Shown: positions 1 through 13,000, counted from the first letter of the stretch. The stretch: DNA of 64,000 bases from Isurus oxyrinchus (GCA_026770705.1 JANJGN010000140.1:1240001-1304000), one strand, 5' to 3'. Translations and numbers: made by a program. The notes: generated from the letters alone by a model not told the origin.

Positions 1-1787
1 GATTGGGCCGCTGGAAAATGACGCTGGAGAAGTAATAGTGGGGAACAAAGAAATAGCGGAGGAACTGAATAGGTACTTTGCGTCATTCTTCACGATGTAA
101 GACATGAGTAACATCCCCAAAGTTCTAGAGAGTCGGGGGGGCAGAGGTGAGTATGGTGGCCATTACAAAGGAGAAGGTGCTAGGAAAACTGCAAGGTCTG
201 AAGGTGGATAAATCAACTGCATCAGATGGATTACGCCCCAGAGTTCTGAATGAGATAGCTGAACAGATAGTGGAGGCGATAGTGCTGATCTTTCAGGAAT
301 CACCCGAGTCAGGGAGAGTCCCAGAGCACTGGGAAATCGCTAATGTAACCCCCCTGTTTAAGAAGGGAGTGAGGCAAAAGATGGGAAATTACAGGCCGAT
401 TAGCCTGGCCTCGGTCCTTGATAATATTTTAGAGTCCATTATTAAGGATGGAATTTCAGAATACTTAGAAGTGCATGGTAAAATAGAGCAAAGTCAGTAT
501 GGTTTCATCAAGGGGAAGTCATGTCTGACAAATCTGTTAGAAATCTTTGACGAAGTAACGAGTCAATTAGACAAAGGAGAGCCAATGGATGTTATCTACT
601 TGGACTTCCAGAAGGCCTTTAACAAGGTGCCACACAGGAGGCTGCTCAGTAAGATTAGCGCCCATGGTGTTAGAGGCAAGGTACTAGCATGGGTAGAAGA
701 TTGACTGTCTGGCAGGAGACAGAGAGTAGTGATAAGGGGATCCTTCTCAGGATGTCGTCCGGTGACTAGTGGAGTTCTGCAGAGGTCAGTGTTGGGACCT
801 CTTTTCACTTTATGCATTAATGATCTAGATGAAGGAACTGAGGGCATTCTGGCTAAGTTTGTAGATGACACAAAGCTAGGTGGAGGGACAGGTAGTATTG
901 AGGAGGCGGGCAGGCTGCAGAAGGGTTTGGACAGGTTAGGAGAATTGGCAAAGAAGTAGCAGATGGAATACAACGTGAGGAAGTGTGGGGTCATGAACTT
1001 TCGTAGGAAGAATAGAGCCACGGGCCATTTTCTAAATGGGGAGAGAATTCAGAAATCGGGAGTGCAAAGGGACTTGGGCGATCTCGTCCAGGATTCTCTT
1101 AAAGTTAACTTGCAGGTTGAGTCGGTAGTTAGGAAGGCAAATACAATGTTGGCATTTATTTCGAGAGGGCTAGAATATAAAAGCAGGGATGTGCTGCTGA
1201 GGCTTTATAAGGCTCTGGTCAGACCACATTTAGAATATCGTGAGCAATTTTGGTCCCCATATCTCAGGAAGGATGTGCTGGCCCGGGAGAGGGTGCAGAG
1301 GAGGTTCACGAGACCGATCCCAGGAATAAAAACAAATGAAGAACGTTTGAGGACTCTGGGTCTATACTCAATGGAGTTTAGAAGGATGAGGGGGGATCTG
1401 ATTGAAACTTACAGAACACTGAAATGCCTGGATCAAGTGGACGTCGGAAAGATATTTCCATTAGTAGGAGAGACTAGGACCCGAGGGCACAGCCTCAGAG
1501 TAAAGGGATGACCTTTTGGAACAGAGTTGAGGATAATCTTCTTTAGCCAGAGAGTGGTGAATCTGTAGAATTCATTGCCACAGAAGGCTATGGAGGTCAG
1601 GTCATTGAGTGTATTTAAGACCGAGATAGATATTTTCTTGATTGGTAAGGGGATCAAAGGTTACTGGGAGAAGGCGGGAGAATGGGGTTGAGAAACTTAT
1701 CAGCCATGATTGAATGGCGGAGCAGACTCGATTGGCCGAAAGGCCTCATGTCTGCTCCTTTGTCTTATGATCATATGGTCTTATGGT
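1..1787 (+). mobile_element. CR1-type LINE, decayed ORF2 reverse transcriptase and 3' tail
   Basis: ORFs 147-704, 729-959 and 963-1511 carry RT motifs ([35 protein letters not shown]) broken by stops; short-repeat tail tcttatg near 1763-1787. Confidence 0.95.
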
Positions 1788-1966
1788 ATTGCGGCAAGTA
1801 AAGAAACGAAATGTAGCTCTTGCGGAGGTGTACTTAAGGAAAGCAGATTCCTTCCAAAATTCGAAGAGAAAACATAGAAAGAAGAAAAAAGTGCTGTAGA
1901 AAAATTGTTAAATGCAATCTTAAATGCCGAAGGCGACCAACTGTTCGAAAGCTACACCAGTCACCG

Positions 1967-1980
1967 CCACCAGAGGGCAG
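1967..1980 (+). promoter_or_regulatory. CTCF-like motif
   Basis: CCACCAGAGGGCAG matches the CTCF core; motif only. Confidence 0.5.
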
Positions 1981-2764
1981 TGGGAGACTGTTGTGATCAG
2001 TGTTGGGGCGAATTCCAGGCTGAGAACAATGTACGGTGACTTTATTGAAGAAAATGTCATTAAAGGAACACATGTGGAAACAAAAATATTTCAATATTCA
2101 TAGCATGTTTTATATTGTTTAACGTAATTCATTATATTGAGCTGTCAATGTTGCTATTACTGTTGGCATGCTGTTAATATTTGAAAGAAAAACTCGCACT
2201 GCATCCAAGTGGGGAAGCACACGGGTTCACAATATGAAAGGAGACTTTTGGGCAAACCTTCATGTTGTCAAACTGAGAGTTATCGCAATGTGGACTAAAG
2301 CTTCAGCCAGAATGCGCGAGGAGAATGCACTGGAATCGTTGGATGCTACAGTTGAAGGCGAGATGTTGGGTCTCCCCCGATAAGAGACCTAGAGTAGGTA
2401 GGATGGAATAACTGTTCTAATTTGTCTATCTAATTATCTTGCATACTATAGCTTGGCGGGAACTCACGCACTTACCGGTACATACCATGAGAGAGCAATG
2501 TGAACCAATGAGAAAATTGAATGTGGGCGGACGGGTGTGAGCTCACCGACAGGGTGAGCTGGTGTCAATGTGACACGCTGAGTATGGGCGTGTAAACCCC
2601 AAGACTGAGCTTCTTATGTTCAATCGACAATAAAGTACCTCTGAGTTGGACCTGAAGTCTGTGTTTAGCTTCTTGTTAATTATGGTGAATATAATATCCA
2701 TCTCCTTCTTCTAACCTGACCTCCCGAGACAATTGTTACAGCCGGTATTTCATGTGATTTGATA

Positions 2765-3097
2765 ATGCTAAGAATTTACAGAATCTGTTTGCTGTCTTTC
2801 ACTCTGACATACATGGAGGTGGCCGGTAAGGATGAGGTGGTGCAGCTCCCTGGGCAGGTGGTCGTTAGGGAAGCAGGAAACGTAACCATGAACTGCACCC
2901 ACACCACAGCATTTAACCTTGTGTCTTGGTACAGACAGCTCCCGAATCAGCCACCCCAGTATCAGGTAATGGCCACAAGAGGAACCGGTCAACAAGGGAG
3001 GATCACAGCTTCAATCAGTGAAGGCAGCAAACTCAGTATCCTGACTGTGAGCGATACCCAAGCTACAGACACTGCCACCTATCTCTGCGCCGTGAGC
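2765..3097 (+). CDS. TCR alpha/delta V segment, intact, leader and V in a single exon
   Basis: ATG 2765 MLRIYRICLLSFTLTYMEVAG runs directly into KDEVVQ..TMNC..WYRQ..DTATYLCAVS, followed by an RSS. Confidence 0.92.
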
Positions 3098-3136
3098 CAC
3101 AGTGTAGCAAACATATGGGGAGCTCGTACAGAAACC
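3098..3136 (+). promoter_or_regulatory. 23-RSS
   Basis: CACAGTG + 23 bp + ACAGAAACC. Confidence 0.95.
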
Positions 3137-4257
3137 TACACCGAGTGGGACAGCAGCTCTACTGTTTTTGGACAATCAGCATTGCGAGTGGTGTGGTTAT
3201 AAAATGATCGGAAGGTAGGAGATACAAGTGCCAAAATAAATAAAACATAGAACAAATATTTAAAGAGAATCGGAAATAAAGAGAGCTGGAAACATAGACG
3301 GTGAAAAAGGAAGAGTGAAGACGTAAGACAGAACTTGCAGCGAAAAAGAGCCTGAGAAAACTGCAGTAATAATATTTGAACAGGACAAATATTTAGGAAA
3401 CTATTGAAACAGACAGTAAAAAAGATATAAAGAAAAGAGAGAGAAAGGAGGAGAAGAAAACGGAGTTCGCCATTGAGGACAGACAGGCACTGAGCTGATC
3501 CACCGAGGCAACCCTCACTCAGGGGCATTGACCATATCTTCTTGGCATTCAATCAGTTGCATTGTTCTAGTGAATACATTTTACAAAGTTATCCGTTTTA
3601 TTATCTCTGGTTTCTCTGTTTTTACTTCTAATTAATCCCTTCTGTTCAGTTTCCCTTTGTTCGCTTCCCTCCAGCTCCGCGATTCACTTTGCGATCTGCA
3701 GATTATCACATTGTCGTGACCCCATTCTCAGGCTCTGTAAGATGCTGTCGCCCAGGTTTAATGGAGGTTGGGTTTCAGCAGCCTCTTCCTTGGAGATTAT
3801 CTAAACATAGATCTCTGATTTTATTGACAGAACTAGTTGATTAGAAACAGGAAGGAGAGTTTAACTGGCAGATTGATCAATGGTCTCGATCCGATTGGAT
3901 TCTGAAGTTTGTTCTCTCGGCCGCTCCTGGAAACTTTTGTAACAGCTTTATCCTCGCTTTATTTGGTTTCCTCTCGCATCTTGTTTGAGATGCTTCATTG
4001 GTGCGATTGCGACACCCGCCAACAGGTGGGAGCTCAGACACACAGCTCAGAGCAGTTTTTTTTTTGTGGAGGTGTGGAACTGCTTTCCACAACTCGGTGT
4101 TGAAGGGAGCGTGGTCATGCACCGCAGGCATCATTACTGAAGGGTAAATCTGGACTAACTAAGCTTTATTTTACCTCTAATTTCCCAAGTACGGATTTCA
4201 TTTGAATTTTAAACAGCCGTGAGTCGATATTCTTTTCCTGCTGGGCTCTGTTTTTCA

Positions 4258-4531
4258 AATATAATCCATGGGGATTATATTAGTCAGTCGCTCTCCGCTG
4301 CTGTATATATGATACTACATCGAACAGATATAATTTATACCGTTACCAGCAATACTCAGACACGCAGCCCGAGTTTCTACTGTGGAAATATTCTCTTGGT
4401 AATTTGGATGGCGCAGATTTTGCCAAAGTCCATTTTTCTCCAGATCTCCTGAACCTCGACTAAATTCATCAGCTGAAATATTTCAAGGCTGCAGCTGCCT
4501 GACGCAGCCCAGATGCTGAGTCGCCACATTG
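4258..4531 (+). pseudogene. Decayed TCR V, same family as the 9.1 and 25.5 kb segments
   Basis: Across frameshifts reads IHGDYISQSLS..CIYDTTSNRYNLYRYQQYSDTQPEFLLWK..ADFAK..STKFIS*NISRLQLPDAA, then CACATTG at 4525-4531 with no good nonamer. Confidence 0.8.
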
Positions 4532-5679
4532 TCACTGTCCGCTCTGTAAAAGAGGAGTTAGATATTTGAAGGCCGCTTTTTCCATCCTCGCTCTCAATGA
4601 CGTATTGCCGTGTCTCAGGATGCTCTCACCTCACTTTCCTCTATCTTCAGTGGTACCGTGAGTCTGGACCGTGGTGACCTGGTTGTCAGTAAGTGCAAAC
4701 ACCTCGAATTGGGCTACAGCCAGTGTTCTCCTAGGCGTAATGGTTTCGTTGTTAGAAACTTTGGGGTCGTGTGCGTCAGGGTGGGGTGGGGGTGCGGGGT
4801 GGTGGGAGGGGACAGAATTCATTGATTGGTTATTGTGATTGGAAACATTAGATTATGAATGACTTTGACTTATTCTAGTGTTAATTCTCCCTCTTAAATT
4901 GTCGCAGCTTCACCAATAGGCTGCTGCTAACTGTGATTCCAGTCATCTTTTCCTGACAGATCAGTGAACCAATTGTCGAAGTATGATTCCATAATTCTTC
5001 GGAGTTATTTATGGGCTCTTCATATTAGAACAATGATATATGTTGTTACTGAACAAAGAATTTGACAGACCGAATGAATTAGCTCTTGCTTCAATTTAAT
5101 TTTCACCAAAGCTCCACGATGAAACCATCTTTTTGGCAACTACCCTTATAGAGTCTTAACTGAAATATTCAGGACATTTTACCCAAGTTAAGAAATTGCC
5201 TTCTAGTGCAAACAGAAGTACAATCTACAACTTCCCAAAAGCAACACATGCTGTTGCGGTTTTCCAAATGCAGATTCAAACAAACTATTTCACAGGACCA
5301 ATATTCTCCTGGCCGAAAACTGAGTTACTTTCTTCAATTAAAAACCTTCCACAGCCAAATGAAAGAAGCTCTCCTTCAGTGAGACATCCGACCCGCCCCC
5401 CCCACACTCCTCGCACCGCCGCCCCGCCTCCCCGCCGCTTCGCCTCCCCGCCTCCCCCTGCGCTCCCGCCCCGCCTCTCTCAGCATAGCGGGTCCTCATC
5501 AGTTCCTGTATCAGACAAGATTCCAGTTTCAGTCAGCCACCTGTGGCCATTGGCGCCGTTAGCGTGAATCATCACTGCCTGAGGCCCAGGAAGCAGTCTC
5601 TTGTGCAGTTTTGCTTTGTCCCTGATACCTGAGCCAAAGACCTAGACAATGTCTCAGGATCCTGTCTTATCCTCACCGG

Positions 5680-5682
<3 letters not shown>

Positions 5683-5712
<30 letters not shown>
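5683..5712. repeat. (CA)n microsatellite
   Basis: Direct observation. Confidence 0.95.
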
Positions 5713-5715
<3 letters not shown>

Positions 5716-6033
5716 ACAATGTCATGGGCACATCTCAGATTGCTTGTCTTCAGAAATAAATCCTTAGTTAAACCTTATTCCCAAAAGTGTTCCATTGTAA
5801 TCGTGTTTTGAAAATTGTGCTCCTTTAGCAAAGTTGTCTATCCTTCCCCTCACTCATTTTTCTTTTATGTTTGCTCTTCAGTTGTCCCTGTCTATGTTTC
5901 CAATTCTCTTTATTTCACACTTTTTGCACTCTGTAGCTTCACTATTTTCCATTTGATGATCATTCGCTATAGCTTTCCATTATTATTACCGGATACTCCA
6001 AAACGCAGCAGACCAGTTCCCCCACTGGGTGTC

Positions 6034-6389
6034 GGTTTCTGTATGGACTCTCCACCTGTTTGTTACACTTTGGCATCACAGCACAGAGATAGGTGGCGCT
6101 GTCTGTCACTCAGGCGGCCCTCACTGTCATGTTACTGAATTTAGTTCCTCCCCAGATTGCAGCAGTCATCCTTCCTTGTTGATCGGTCCCACTTGTAGCC
6201 ATCATCAGATGCTGGAGGGGCTGATTCGGGCGATGGCTGTCCCAGTGCAAGGTGGTGAACGCAGCAGTAGCTGAGCAACTCATGGATACGATTCCTGCTT
6301 CACTGAGAACCAGCCGCCCAGGGAGCTGCTCCACATCATCTTCACTTGTCCGTTCAGGGAAGTGTGTAAACTCAGTAAATCTGCAACAT
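6034..6389 (-). pseudogene. TCR V pseudogene of the single-exon leader family, defective RSS
   Basis: ATG 6389 MLQIY* (cf. MLRIYR); EQLPG..SMSC..WDSH..TVRAA*VTDSATYLCAV; RSS CAAAGTG (6066-6072) + 23 bp + ACAGAAACC (6034-6042). Confidence 0.9.
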
Positions 6390-6657
6390 TATTTGACCAG
6401 GTGAAATGCTGATAGAAAGAATTCTCCACAGAGGCTGGGTTAGAACAAGAACAGGGGTATTAATTCAAGAGGATTAACAAAAAGCCAATCATCTGCTTCA
6501 GGTCCAATTCAGAGGTATTTTCGAGTAGAAAAACCGAAGAACCTGTTCTCAGCGTGTACCTGTTCCCGGGCCACTTTCCTGCCACATCCTCCCCTTCCCT
6601 CCCACACTGCCTCTCAGGTCACACGCCGTACCCCACACTCAGTCTTTCTGCAGGACA

Positions 6658-7330
6658 CCAGCTCACACTCCCCGAGCTCACATTCGGCCGCCCACGCTCA
6701 GTGTTTCTCACTGAGGCCAGCTCACACTCTCTGAGCTCACATCGGGCCGCCCATACTCAGTGTTTCTCACTGAGTCCAGCTCACACTCTCTGAGCTCACA
6801 CTTAGCCGCCCACACTCAGCATTTTTCACTGAGACCAGCTCACACTCTCTGAGCTCACACCAGGCCACCCACACTTAGCATTTCTCACTGAGACCAGCTC
6901 ACACTCTCTGAGCTCACATCGGGCTGCCCACAGTCAGCGTTCATCATTGAGACCAGCCCACACTCTCTGAGCTCACACTGGGCCGTCCACACTCAGTGTT
7001 TCACACTGAGAACAGTTTACACTCGCTGAGCTCACACCGGGCCGTCTGCACACAGTGTTTCTCACTGAGACCAGCTCACACTCTCTGAGCTCACATCGGG
7101 CCGCCCACAGTCAGCGTTCATCACTGAGACCAGCTCACACTCTCTGAGCTCACACCGGGCCGTCCACACTCAGTGTTTCACACTGAGACCAGCTCACACT
7201 CACTGAGCTCACACCGGGTCGTCCGCACACAGTGTTTCTCACTGAGACCAGCTCCCACTCTCTGAGATCACACAAGGCCGTCCACACTCTGTGTTTCTCA
7301 GTGAGACCAGCTCACACTCTCTGAGCTCAA
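6658..7330. repeat. 59-bp minisatellite, ~11 copies
   Basis: Unit ccagctcacactctctgagctcacatcgggccgcccacactcagtgtttctcactgaga; starts at 6717, 6776, 6835 and so on. Confidence 0.95.
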
Positions 7331-7799
7331 AATGAACCAGCCTCGCTCGGTGTTTGTCAGAGAGGCCAACTATCTTCGCTCATGATCACTAGTATTTCTT
7401 ACAGTTGCACATCCTCTCCTTGTGGCTGTTACTGCCAATTGTGCGGTGCTTCTATTGACGCCAAATTTCCACAGGTTGCAGCTTCCATGACTGTTGCAAT
7501 GAAGAAAAGCTATTCCCTCTTGTTGTTGTTCACTGATCCCGAGACATCCAAATCTCCACCTTCCATTGTGGCATCCAACAATTTCAGTGTTTTTTTTCTC
7601 CCGCTTTCTAATTGAAACCATATTCCACACTGCGTACCCTCTGTTTGTGTAATTGGAATTTGACTATTCCAAACCTAATATTTTCTTTTCTACTTTGAGC
7701 CCCTGACCTACCCCGGATGGGTGTGATGTTTCATGCCGATGTTTTCAATCTGTCAACCATAATAACCGCATGGATAAACGTTAATCAAAGCAAGAAATA

Positions 7800-8212
7800 A
7801 GGAAAGATTTTCATTTATTTACAACGTTTCATGATTTCTGGACGCCTCAAAGCACTTAACAGCACTGAAACATTTTGAAAATGGGGTCACTATTGTAATG
7901 TCAGAACGTCAACAGCTAATTTCCAATTGGCAAACTCCCACATACAGAAATGTGGTAATGACGAGATAACCTGGAGGTAAACATTGGATAATTCCAACAT
8001 TCTTCTTGGAAATTGTGCCATGAGATATTTAACAATCTCCGGAGCAGATAGATGCCGTCTCGTTTTCGTGTCTCACCTGAAAGTGTCACCTCCTTCCGCA
8101 ATGCACCTGAGTGTCAGCCTTGAACTTTGTGTTAAGCACTGGAGTGAGATTTAACCGGGGAATCTTGTCATTCCAATGAGAGTACAGCACCAACTGAACC
8201 AGGGCTGACAAT
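7800..8212 (-). mobile_element. Old tRNA-derived SINE (DeuSINE-like), decayed
   Basis: Resembles common shark SINE body and tail; related pieces near 17735-17900, 18920-19060 and 49050-49270. Confidence 0.55.
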
Positions 8213-8611
8213 ATAAAAAACAGTGACACCAATTTCAAAGCAATGCCTTTTTTGTAAATCTTTCCTTAATTCGTTTGTTCAACAAAGTTACTGAACGTTA
8301 TTCACGTCCCGACACTGAAACCAAAACAGTGAAAACATCGCTCCCTGCTTCCTGGGTAGCTTATCTTTCAATTTTCCACCTTGCCTTTCTCTACTTTTCC
8401 TGGTCCAGTGTTCTAACAAAGCTTTTCCTATCTCTCTTAAACATTCCGGCTTGCGTGTTTAACCCTCATTTTACTCTGTCTACTTTTGAATCTCTTTATT
8501 GGAGGGTTCATTTAAATGTTTCTCCTGTATAAACATTTTTAATTGAGCTCATTGACTGGCCCTCGGATTTTTATAATCGTGCCCGTCACAATACCGTTCC
8601 CCAAACACAAT

Positions 8612-8775
8612 GGCGCAGAGATAAGTGGCAGTGTCAGGAAGCCAAGCGCCCCTCACAGTCAGAGTACTGAGTTTGTTATCTCCACCGACTGAACTGTGAT
8701 TCTCTCGTGCTGGTTAGATCCTCTTGTGGCCATAACCAGATGCGAGGGTGGCTGATTCTGGAACTGCCTTGATCA
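8612..8775 (-). pseudogene. Truncated TCR V of the 2.8-kb family, 5' half and RSS missing
   Basis: RQFQNQPPSHLVMATRGSNQHERIT..NKLSTLTVRGAWLPDTATYLCA, then directly into sequence homologous to the flank beyond the RSS of the 2.8-kb V. Confidence 0.85.
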
Positions 8776-9055
8776 GTACACGGCACTGACACCAGATCAA
8801 CCTGTTTCTGAGCTCAGGCCGGACCGCCCACATTCAATGTTTCACACTGACACCGGCTCACCCTGCCTCTGAGCTCACACCGGACCGCCCACGTTCAATC
8901 CAGCTCATTGACTCTCTGCTCTCTCAAAACCTGTCGGTCTCGCCGCACTACAGGGGACACAGGAAGTGAGGAGTAAACATCCTGTTCCTAAGGGCGGGGA
9001 TTAGAAAGGGTGTCTTCAAATATCGAGCAGCCTTTTGACAGGGCGGACAACGGCA

Positions 9056-9519
9056 ATGCGGCTATTCACAATTTGGGTTATGTGGACAGTAATTCTGACA
9101 AGTAACCCTTGAGGGAATACATTTCGTCTTTTCTGTCATTTCCCAGGCATGGTTTCAATCAGATTTCAGTCAGCTGTCGGTCTTAACATTCCTGTTTTAT
9201 TTTTTTTTCCAGACGGGACTCATGTAGATTCTGTCGCTCAGCCACTCTCATCACATGTTAGGATAGAAGGAGAAGAGATTACTTTAAACTGTAACTATGA
9301 ATCTACAAGGAGCGGCTATAGGTTATGCTGGTACCCTCAACCCCCAGATACACAGCCCCAGTTTGTAATGATCAAGGATACTGATAACAATGAAGAAAAG
9401 GCAGAATTTGCGAAAAGTCGTTTCTCTGTAGAGCTCCAGATCTCCACTAAATTCACCAGTTTAATCATCTCGGGTCTGCAGCTGACAGACGCTGCCGTCT
9501 ATTACTGCGCTTTGAGACT
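9056..9519 (+). CDS. TCR alpha/delta V segment, open frame but damaged RSS
   Basis: Leader exon 9056-9101 MRLFTIWVMWTVILT, GT-AG intron, V exon 9213-9519 ..TLNCNY..WYPQ..DAAVYYCALRL; RSS CACATGA + 19 bp + ACAAAAACT (9520-9554). Confidence 0.88.
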
Positions 9520-10819
9520 CACATGAAAACCAGTTTTACCCCTGTACAAAAACTGGATTTGCACTGTTAGTGGGAGCTCCTGTTTATTGCGGTTTGTGCA
9601 GAGTAGCGGGCAGGTGCAGCTACAATGCATAGCGGCTCTGTCAGCCGCTCAGATACACACAGCGAGAGGAAACCACATTAACCTCGGATCAAACTGTCAC
9701 TCAACTGTTCTCAGGAGCTGCTGGGAAAATCAAACAAACTGCAGAATCCGATTGGCCAGACAGACACGGAAGGGAACCATTTGTGAAGACTCCCTATCCA
9801 ATCCACACTGGTTTTTCAATATCATCAGCTTTGTTCAGCGACGGGTTTGATCTCGAGATCACAGCAGACAAAAACTTATAGGTCTATTTATCGCACAGTT
9901 ACATTACTGCCGCTGTCTTTGTCCAAACTAACAGGTGGGCGGCTTTGCAAATGTTTGGATTTATTTGCATTCCGCCTTTTTATGCTCAAAATAAAGCCGG
10001 AATATTGATGTGCCGACAGAGGTGATTAAAGCTCATGGATTGGAATTACTATAGCTGAAAAATTACCGGGAAAGAGACAGGCACTAAGAATTCCACTTAG
10101 CGCTCACAGGGGTAAAGACGAACAGTACAAGTGATTCAATCTCCAGAGTCAGAGTAACTGGGTCCTTGTTAACGAGACAACAAAACAAAACTCTCAACGT
10201 AAATACACGAGGTGCATCAGCACAAATATATTACCTGACATTTTCCACTTCCGCGTCTAGTGCAAATCAACTTCACAAATTCATCTGTGGCACCTGAGCT
10301 CATCTATTCTCTATGGATACCCTTTGCATGCCTGATGGTCTCACCTTCCCTCCTCCCCCCCGACCCCAAACTTTAACCACAATCCTAGGCATCCCCTTAT
10401 TCTAGTCCTTAATGTGGCTATGCAAACCCTTTCTTTCTGATCTGAATATCAGTCAAGTGTCGTTACAGTAAAGCATCCTTAAAGAGAAACTGCAGACAGG
10501 CGACTGAACACTCATAATTTCTCACAGCCTGCCCACCTCATCTAATCATTCCTCAGAACAGACAGCAGAGGGCAGCCGAAATGAATGTTCGTTCGATTGA
10601 TCAGAACCTGTACGATAAATAAAATGTTACTTCTCCGACAATTGCCTCTGAATTGAAGACTCATACCTCAAATACATCAGACTACAGTCATCACTCGGAT
10701 GCCTTCATCATACCGAAGGCATTCCGTCCAATAATAGTCAATGGGTGTTGAACTCAGGGTCTGGAAGATAGAGAAAAATATAAATGATCTAAACAACAGA
10801 CACACACTGATACCTGATA

Positions 10820-11075
10820 TCACAGAATGACAGAAATGTTACGGTGTACAAGGAGGCCATTCGTCCCATCGTGTCTGCACCAGCTCTTTGAGCATTTTAA
10901 CTTAGTGCCAATCTGCTGCCTTTTCCCCGTAACCCTGCACATTGCTTGTATTTCAATAAGCATCCAAAACCCTCTTGAATGCCTCAGTTGAACCTGCCTC
11001 CACCGCACTTCCAGGCAGTGTATTCCAAACCCCAACTTCTAGCTCTGTGAAAAAGTGATTTTCTCACCTCGCATC
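10820..11075 (-). mobile_element. CR1 3'-end fragment (paralogous copy ~27268-27510)
   Basis: cacagaa tail and ggaggccattcg..cccatc motif. Confidence 0.7.
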
Positions 11076-11837
11076 AGCTGTGTCTTTGCTGGAAGACAAA
11101 GTTAAAAAAGAAAAAAATATAAACAGACATCGTCCTGCATTTGGTTTCTTTTCATGAATCACAATCCTTTGCTAATTAATGTGAAAGCTGCGAGGGCCGA
11201 CTTTCATGCCCAGGTTTCGCTCCCTACCTATTATCTAGAACCCACCCTATCCCTCGCCAAGGGGGGTTTGAACCAGCTTCACGGGCAATGCTCCCAGGAG
11301 CTGTGCATAGATGTATGATGAATAACCGAAAAGCGCCAATGCGTTTCTCCTTCAGTGCTGCCCCGATCCACATTCAGAAATCTTCCAACAATGGGAATTT
11401 GAATGTACAATACCAGCACGAGAACTGATAAAATATGATTTTAACAACGGGCTGCCTTCATTCCTTAAGGCAATGTTTGTACAGAATTTCAAATGTTTAC
11501 AAAGGCCCGGAGCCCAAGTTTGTCTCTTTGGAGAATCAGTGCCGCAAAGTTATTGCGTTCTGCTCACTTTTCACCACAAGGAGTAAAGGAACTTCCTGGC
11601 GTTTTGAAAAATGACATGATCCGATGGGAACCGATGGAGAAAGGAGCAGGGGTCAAAAGCCACATTCTTACGTCACGAGAACAGAGTATTTGCAACCAAT
11701 CCAAGAACAACAAAACCACCTGACAGAAACATGATCTCTGACGGTTACATTAACCGACTATTGACTTCGTTCAGTTGCTCCGTGCTCTGCTGATGTGAGC
11801 TCTGCTTCCTTTTCTTACTGAAACTTTAATTGCAAGG

Positions 11838-12273
11838 ATGCATTTCGCGGTCCAACTGAATCTACTCCCCATCATTCTGGTGTTACTAACTTGTAAGTGT
11901 AAGGCATATATTCAGTAACCTGTAGAGAGTGTGTATTTATACACATGTTGCTTCAATGTTTCGCTGTCTGCATGTTTTTACAGGTCGATGTCGCTCGGAA
12001 AAGGTGTCCCAGTTTCCCACTGCGAAAACAGTCCAGAGCGGGGATTCGGTGCTGATGAACTGCACCTATGACATGTCCAGCTTTAACGGAATGTACTGGT
12101 ATAAACAGAAATCCGGTCAGGGTCTAGAGTGGAAAATAGGCAGATTCTCGGCTGGCAAAGGGATGAAGGACCGATTCGATTTGGAACTTTCCACTGAGGA
12201 TAAACGGGGCCAATTTGTTATTGAGAAGACGGAGAGCGCGGATACCGCTGTGTATTACTGTGCCATAAAGCCC
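11838..12273 (+). CDS. TCR alpha/delta V segment, open frame but 18-bp RSS spacer
   Basis: Leader exon 11838-11892 MHFAVQLNLLPIILVLLT, V exon 11984-12273 ..LMNCTY..WYKQ..DTAVYYCAIKP; RSS CACACTG + 18 bp + AGAAAATCC (12274-12307). Confidence 0.88.
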
Positions 12274-12704
12274 CACACTGAAAGGCGGCAGTCACTGTAG
12301 AAAATCCTCCCTCCTGTTTACAGTCCAGGGACTGCTGCAGCGACCTCTCCAATAGCACAAGACGGATAGAATGGTAAGGCGGGTCAGAACGAGAGCCGCA
12401 TACGGAGGCTGTGAGCGGGGTGCCGCTAGCTTTATAAAACCCTTCAGGTAGCAACTTTGATCAGAGGTTGTGACAGTCACAGCATAAAGTATGCGACAGG
12501 AGAAACAGTCATTCATTGAGCGCGGCCTTCTTCGTGAGTGCATCTTAAGCATTGATTAATTGTAGGGTTATAATCCGCTGAGTCGATTCGGACATTTTAT
12601 TGAATATGTGTGCAAGTGATTCTGCTGTGTGACGGCTGATCGGAAATTTTAACAGTGATAATTCTTGAGTCTGTCGATCTTCAGTGCGGGAAATTATCTG
12701 CCAG

Positions 12705-13000
12705 GTCATACAAGCATACGTACAAGGGGCAGGAGTAGGCCATTCAGCCCCTCGAGTCTGCTCCGGCATTTAATAAATTCTTGGCTGATCCAATTATAAT
12801 CTGACATATGCATCCCACCTACCCCCGATAACCTTTCACCCCCCTCCCTTACTAAGAATCTATCCACAGCTGCCATAAAAATATACAAAGACTTTGCCTC
12901 CACCGCCTGTTCAGCAAGAGAGGTTCAAAGACACATGATCCTCTGAGTGAAAAAAAAAAACTCGCATCATCTCTGTTTCAAATCAGGTCCCTGGTTCACG
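12705..13000 (-). mobile_element. CR1 3'-end fragment
   Basis: gcaggagtaggccattcagcccctcgag tail motif; antisense ORF 12706-12903 resembles the CR1 ORF2 end. Confidence 0.75.

Noticed and set aside
596-1657. Many antisense ORFs over CR1 elements throughout the window
   Set aside because: Shadows of LINE ORF2 codon structure, not genes
5385-5480. C-rich tract giving a proline-rich ORF (5196-5567)
   Set aside because: Low-complexity sequence; G-quadruplex potential on the minus strand but nothing links it to a function
7340-7660. ORFs 7370-7630 and 7382-7615 with faint FR3-like words
   Set aside because: No conserved Ig motifs, splice sites or RSS
11170-11720. Coding-looking segment duplicated at ~27620-28170 (ORF 27728-27943)
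   Set aside because: Stops and frameshifts in both copies; by hand, about 6 synonymous versus 16 replacement differences over ~60 codons, which looks neutral; no recognisable family
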